Below are positions 57,835-64,000 of a DNA stretch of 64,000 nt, one piece after another. The stretch is from Phoronis australis (lineage: Eukaryota > Animalia > Phoronida). The stretch spans positions 254,404-318,403 of the forward strand of contig NMRA01000482.1 in assembly GCA_002633005.1 (NCBI GenBank), read 5' to 3'. The translations under genes and the position numbers were made by a program. Within the stretch, counting starts at the first letter, position 1. Each line of letters opens with the position of its first letter. Below the pieces are notes generated by a model. It was not told where the DNA came from, ran no database searches, and saw only the letters and a program-made list of their open reading frames with translations.

Positions 57835-58170
57835 TGGTCGATGTTGTGTTGGGGGGACACTCATTCACAGCTGTTGTTGATTGCGGAGCCCAGAAAACGT
57901 TTATTTTGGACTCTGTATACAAGCTATTATGACCTAAGCCTGAAATTATTCAGCACACTACCATCCACGGTGCTGGACGTGACCTGTCTATGCCCGGCTT
58001 CGTTTTGGTGAAACCTGAACTTCAGTTAGGTAACGTGGTATTTAATGAGAATTTCCTTACGTCACCTATTGAGAATGAAATGCTGCTAGGCTTAGATTTC
58101 ATGCGTAAGCACGGCTTGGTTTCAGATTTCAAGGTTAGAAGATTAACGGTGGGAGATCAAACCGTCGCAG
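57835..58170 (+). pseudogene. Gypsy aspartic protease remnant
   Basis: FTAVVDCGAQKTFI...IHGAG...EMLLGLDFMRKHG. Confidence 0.7.
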
Positions 58171-58622
58171 ACGATCTCTTGGAAGGGAGCATCTGCACTC
58201 TCTGTTTAAAAGAGGAGGCGGGGCAGATGGACGAGGTATAATTGCCTCGGCTTGGATACTGTATTAGAACAGTGTGGATTGTACAGCCGGTATAGGAATT
58301 GGCCTCATTTCCGAAATCAAATACAGGTTGTCCGTTATGTTTCGGCCCTAATTAAATAAAACAATGAGAGTGTAATGAGACATTATATGATCTGTCTCAC
58401 TGTTGCGCTGGCCTTCTGCCTCGCGCGCCCTCTGTCAGCATTGAGAGACGACTGTTGTTCATCTTGGAGACTGCCGATGTTGGCTGTCCCAGCCCATATG
58501 CCGGTGATGGCCAATGAGGGCGCTACATGAATATTCAGTGGCTTGGCGGCCGATACACTCGCTGGTGTGGAGGACCGCACTCGACCTACTGACTACTGAA
58601 CCAAACGGACACTCATTTGGAG

Positions 58623-59408
58623 TGTAATATAATAAGGCTATGCCCTCCATGTGCACGAAATTTCAGGGGATATGCTACCTAAATCCAGGAATAGTGCTCT
58701 GATGTTGAAAACCCAGGAATAGTGGCAGTTATGCAAGAATTTTGAGTTATAGAGAGATGGACATATATGTACATGCAGAGTGGGTCCATCGCGTGGTCAG
58801 TAAGGTCGTCATATTTAGCTCGTCATAGAGAGATGGACATGTACATACAGAGTGGATCCATCGCGTGCTGCCACTAAAGTTTAGTATTTAAAGTACTGGC
58901 TCTCGAGACCAGGGCAGACTGGATCCACCATAGATCACAACTTCAGACTACGGGGCACGACTCCAGAGCTGGAAGACAACTTCAGACTACTGGGACGAAG
59001 CCGGGGCCAGACGAGCAACTTCTGTGACCAAAAAGTCAAGGAGAAAAGGACAACTGAGGTATAGACATTTATCATGGGCGTTGGTCTCAGCCTGTTAAGT
59101 CAATTTGAACTGGCTAGTGATTGTTCTGGAGGGTTAGTTCTGTTGTGACTTGTTTTGTGTTACCGTGTGCGGTAGCTACGGGAAACCAGTGTCACTGTTG
59201 ATTAGTAGTTTTTCCAGTAGGGATATCTTGTCTCAATCAGTTAGTCGTTAGTCTCACAACATATTGTAATCTATTGTTTGTAAATCACAATGCTGCAAAT
59301 TAATAGACGTATTCTATAGTTTAAGTATTCGTGTGTTGTTTTATTTGTTACCACGTGCGCGCCATTTATCGGCCGCAACACGCATTGATATACCACACGG
59401 GTCCTTTT
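58623..59408 (+). mobile_element. Gypsy LTR copy 1
   Basis: Starts TGTAATAT; collinear with 59422-60240 with scattered substitutions and indels; followed by a truncated PBS tggtgccttgcgg. Confidence 0.88.
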
Positions 59409-59421
59409 TGGTGCCTTGCGG

Positions 59422-60240
59422 TGTAATATAATGAGGCTATGCCCTCCATGTGCAATAAATTTCAGGGGATATGCTACCTCTGGGGTAGTTAAATCCAGGC
59501 ATAGTACTTTGATGTTGAAAACCCAGGAATCGAGGCAGTTATGCAATAATACAGGAATAGTGGCAGTTATGCAAGAATTTTGAGTATATCGAGATGGACA
59601 TATATGTACATGCAGAGTGGGTCCATCGTGTGGTCAGTTCGTTATATTCAGCTCGTCATAGAGAGATGGCCATATATGTACATACAGAGAGGGTCCATCC
59701 GTGATGCCACTTAGTTTAGTATAAAAAGCACTGGCTCTCGAGACCAGGGCAGACTGGATCCACCTTAGATCAAAACTTCAAACTACGGGGCACGACTCCA
59801 GAGCAGGAAGACAACCTTCAAACTTCTAAGACGAAGCCGGAGCCGGACGAACAACCTCAGTGACCAAGAGTCAAGGGGAAAAGAACATCTGAGGTATAGA
59901 CATTTATCACGGGCGTTGGTCTCAGCCTGTTAGTCAATTTGAACCGGCTAGTGATTGTTCTGGCGGGTTAGTTCTGTTGTGACTTGTTTTGTGTTAACGT
60001 GTGCGGTAGCTACGGGAACCAGTGGCGCTGTTGATTAATAGTTTTCTAGTAATGATATCTTGTCTCAATCAGTTAGTCGTCAGTCACACAACTTATTGTA
60101 ATCTTTAATTTGTAAATCACAACGCTGCAAATTAATAGACGTATTCTATTGTTAAAGTATTCGTGTGTTGGTTTACGTATTACCACGTGCGCGCCATTTA
60201 TCGGCCACAACACGCATTGATATACCATACGAGTCCTTTT
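59422..60240 (+). mobile_element. Gypsy LTR copy 2 (5' LTR of the following gag-pol)
   Basis: Starts TGTAATAT; TATAAAA at ~59720; followed by PBS and gag. Confidence 0.9.
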
Positions 60241-60261
60241 TGGTGCCTTGCGGCCCGGATT
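60241..60261 (+). other. primer-binding site, tRNA-His-like
   Basis: TGGTGCCTTGCGGCCCGGATT resembles, imperfectly, the complement of the tRNA-His 3' end (TGGTGCCGTGACTCGGATT). Confidence 0.6.
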
Positions 60262-60356
60262 CTACCCGGTGTTTGGGTTTTGAGACTGACTTTATCGTGA
60301 ACGAGACGAGATATCTAAGAAGTTTAGTAGTTAGCATAATCTGATCACTGAGCAGT

Positions 60357-61292
60357 ATGGCACATCAGCAACAAGCTACTGTAGATTTAGCTGAATTTTT
60401 AACGGGACTTGCTGGTAATTTCACCAGAGATGTTACCGATGCTATGAATTCCATGAGCGAAACGTCATTGGCGTCAAATATCCCCGTTTTCTCAGGAGAT
60501 GTCCATGGGTTTCGAGCCTGGGTGAGTGAGATAGAAAAGATGGCTGTAATTTTTCCCAATATGGATCCCAGAAAACAAATCCTAATTGCATATCAAAGAT
60601 CGGGGGGTGAGGTTTCGGCATTCATTAAACGTTATATGACAGACCACCCACAATGCACGTAAGAGCAGTTTAAAGCAGAACTTAAGTTACGTTTTGCTCC
60701 TATCACTGACAAAAGTTTGGCATTTGGTCGATTGAAATCAATTAAGCAACGACCAAATGAAAGCGTACAAATGTATGGCGAGCGACTGTTGTCGGCAACG
60801 CGCGAGGCATTCGATGATCAGGCGGCATTGGACGTTCTACAGGAACAATTAATTGGGTTTTTTGTGGATGGGCTCCGGGACGCGAGAATAAGAGAGCACG
60901 TCCTACGTTCAGGCCCAACAACTTTCAGAGACGCCCTTAAAGTTGCTGTCCAAGAAATACATCTATGGACACGAATGAATTTAAAACCGGGCGATAACAG
61001 GGAAATCAGCCCCATGGACGTTGACAAAGTAGCCCCTCCTCAAAGATGTAGAATTTGCAACAGAACAAATCATAGAACAAGGGACTGTCGGGCGCGGCCC
61101 AGAACCGTCAACGCCCTAGAAAAAGAACCGATCAGATGTTTCTTTTGCAAAAAACCTGGTCACATGAAACGTGGCTGTTTCAGTTTTAAAAGGTTTTTAG
61201 CTACCCGAGCAAATCAAAATCCAGTTAACTACACTGGCAACCCAAGCCCCGCTGATACCACGCCAAACGATGCCAAACCCCAGGGAAACTAA
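60357..61292 (+). pseudogene. gag: Gypsy gag with one premature stop (60660-60662)
   Basis: IPVFSGD...W; IKQRPNESVQMYGERL; FVDGLRD; two CCHC knuckles CRICNRTNHRTRDC and CFFCKKPGHMKRGC. Confidence 0.9.
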
Positions 61293-61356
61293 CGTGCACT
61301 GACTCGAGAGCTTCCGAGGGTCAGGATGATGTTGTAACTTTGTGTTTTTGGGAAGC
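61283..61356 (+). promoter_or_regulatory. -1 programmed ribosomal frameshift signal (G GGA AAC plus predicted pseudoknot)
   Basis: Slippery heptamer immediately before the gag TAA; stem 1 CTGACTC/GGGTCAG; loop GCTTCC pairs with downstream GGAAGC; repeated at 63240-63314. Confidence 0.7.
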
Positions 61357-62971
61357 GAGGATAGTATTCAAGTGCAGGTGGGACAGACACGAGTCAGGGC
61401 ATTAATTGACTCGGGTGCTGCAATATCCGTTATATCAGAAGTTACATTTGAACTCGAGAGCTTCCGCGGGTCAGGATGATGTTGTAACTTTGTGTTTTTT
61501 GGGAAGCGAGGATAGTATTCAAGTACAAGTGGGACAGACACGAGTCAGGGCATTAATTGACTCGGGTGCTGCAATATCCGTTATATCAGAAGTTACATTT
61601 GAGGAGCTTAAGCAAAAAGGCTTAGTAGAAATAGTCAAACAAAAACCTGTAGTTCAGACAGCAAATAATCAACGTTTGAATGTTCTCGCTTGTGTCCTGT
61701 TGAACTTAAAAATTGGAAACAATTTTCTCAAACATGAATTTGTAGTGATCCGAGATGTGAATCGAAGAATGATAATTGGGAAAGACTTTCTTCACAAGAA
61801 TAATTGTCGTGTCTATTTTGATCTTAGAATGTTAAGGATAAGAGAATTTTACACACCCCTAATTCAGGATTCACTGGTTAAATCTTACGTTAGAGTAATC
61901 AAGGAAATTATAGTTAGACCTTATTCCAAGGTTGTATGTCGTGCCAGAAGCTGCGCAGCCAGGGGTAGTAAAAGACAACAAATCTTCCAAGTGTCACCTT
62001 TAACAACCGGATTCCTAAATTCAGAACCTGGATTGTCCATTTCAAATGCAGTGATAAAGCCGGGCAAGGCTGGTAAATTCCCGGTAGAAATAATCAATAA
62101 TTCTGGCCGATACATTAAAATAAAACGAGGAGTTGCGGTAGGACAGGTTGAAGAGTTACGCAATGTAAACATAGTTAGTGTATTAGATAAACCATCCTCA
62201 ATCCAGTCAGTGAGTAAACAAGAGTTAGACTTATCCAAAATTGATACACCAGATGAATATAATAGCTTAGTAAAAAAATTGTTAAGGCAGAATAGCGATG
62301 TTTTCGCGGCAACAGACCTTGATTTAGGGAGAACGAGCACTGTACAAATACGCATAGACGTGCCGGACGGCACAGTTGTCAAGCAGAGGCCATATCGACT
62401 TCCGATAGCGAAGCAACAAATAGCTAAGAACGAGCACTGTACAAATGCGCATAGACGTGCCGGACGGCACAGTTGTCAAGCAGAGGCCATATCGACTTCC
62501 GATCGCGAAACAGCAAATAACTAAAGAAGCGGTGGATAAAATGCTTTCAGCAAAAGTCATAGAACCTTCTAGATCCAACTTTTGTTCACCTATAATATTG
62601 GTAACTAAGAAGGATGGTAGTGTGAGGTTTTGTGTAGATTATAGAAAGCTGAATAGTGTGACTAAGGGTTATTCGTTTTTCCTACCAAAAATTGATGACA
62701 TATTAAACGATCTGAGGGGTTCTTGTATTTACAGTTCATTAGACTGGTTTCTGGCAAATTCAAATGCACCCTAATGACAAGGAAAAGACCGCCTTTTCTC
62801 CAGGGTTTTCTACTGGTCACAATCTGTACCAGTTTCAAGTTATGCCATTCGGACTTTGCAGTAGTCCCAGTTTTTTCCAGGAACTCATGTCAATTGTTTT
62901 AGAGGGACTCCCTTTTGCTCGAGCCTATATCGATGATTGCATTATTTACAGTAAAAGTGTCACTGAATACG
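61293..62971 (+). pseudogene. pol: Gypsy pol (protease, RT), disrupted and truncated at the N join
   Basis: ALIDSGAAISVI protease; KQRPYRLP, SPIILVTKKDGSVRFCVDYRKLN, MPFGL, AYIDDCIIYS RT motifs; internal duplications and frameshifts. Confidence 0.92.
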
Positions 62972-62972
62972 N

Positions 62973-64000
62973 GGACGTTGACAAAATAGCCCCTCCTCAA
63001 AGATGTAGAATTTGCAACAGAACAAATCATAGAACAAGGGACTGTCGGTGACGGCCCAGAACCGTCAACGCCCTAGAAAAAGAACCGATCAGATGTTTCT
63101 TTTGCAAAAAATCTGGTCACATGAAACGTGACTGTTTCAGTTATAAAAGGTTTTTAGCTGCCCGTGCAAATCAAAATCCAGTTAACTACACTGGCAACCC
63201 AAGCCCCGCTGATACCACGCCAAACGATGCCAAACTCCAGGGAAACTAACGTGCACTGACTCGAGAGCTTCCGCGGGTCAGGATGATGTTGTAACTTTGT
63301 GTTTTTTGGGAAGCGAGGATAGTATTCAAGTACAGGTGGGACAGACACAAGTCAGGGCACTAATTGACTCGGGTGCTGCAATATCCGTTATATCAGAAGT
63401 TACAGTTGAGGAGCTTAAGCGAAAAGGCTTAGTAGAAATAGTGTTTGCTTTTGGACATCAAGTCTGTCGTTTATTAGTTGCATTGAATGTTCTCGCTTGT
63501 GTCCTGTTGAACTTAAAACTTGGAAACAATATTCTCAAACATGAATTTGTAGTGATCCGAGATGTGAATCGAAGAATGATAATTGGGAAAGATTTCCTTC
63601 ACAAGAATAATTGTCGTGTCTATTTTGATCTTAGAATGTTAAGGATAAGAGAATTTTACACACCCCTAATTCAGGATTCACTGGTTAAATCTTATGTTAG
63701 AGTGATCAAAGAAATTATAGTTAGACCTTATTCCAAGGTTGTATGTCGAGCCAGAAGCTGCGCAGCCAGGGGTAGTAAAAGACAACAAATCTTCCAAGTG
63801 TCACCCTTAACAACCGGATTCCTAAATTCAGAACCTGGATTGTCCATTTCAAACGCAGTGATAAAGCCGGGCAAGGCTGGTAAATTCCCGGTAGAAATAA
63901 TTAATAATTCTGGCCGATACATTAAAATAAAACGAGGAGTTGCGGTAGGACAGGTTGAAGAGTTACGCAATGTAAACATAGTTAGTGTATTAGATAAACC
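62973..64000 (+). pseudogene. second copy of the same Gypsy gag end plus protease region, after the N join
   Basis: Near-identical to 61016-62193 but lacking the ~150-bp duplication; in-frame TGA at ~63049. Confidence 0.88.

Overview
AT-rich metazoan (invertebrate-type) genomic DNA with spliceosomal introns and five single-N assembly joins (1385, 4630, 11800, 19785, 62972). Three intact host genes can be built by hand. (1) A three-exon, 70-aa secreted CSalpha-beta defensin-like precursor (+; CDS 5989-6067 + 8976-9109) that the ORF track misses entirely. (2) A complete 14-exon LRRC40 orthologue (+; 16374-36287; 607 aa). (3) A 5-exon secreted short-chain-collagen-C4-like gene (-; 42782-38010; ~345 aa) convergent with LRRC40. 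The rest is transposon-rich: a THAP-bearing Kolobok-like remnant, an internally deleted Gypsy, an intronic Penelope-like fragment with inverted terminal arms and a decayed hammerhead-like motif, a 40-bp satellite with 84- and 80-bp higher-order units, Helentron-like repeats with periodic CTCF-like motifs, BEL/Pao and Gypsy gag fossils, a fossil RAG1/Transib-related transposase, and a Gypsy element with tandem LTRs and a -1 frameshift signal (slippery site plus pseudoknot). All calls come from manual reading and recalled family motifs; no database search was run.
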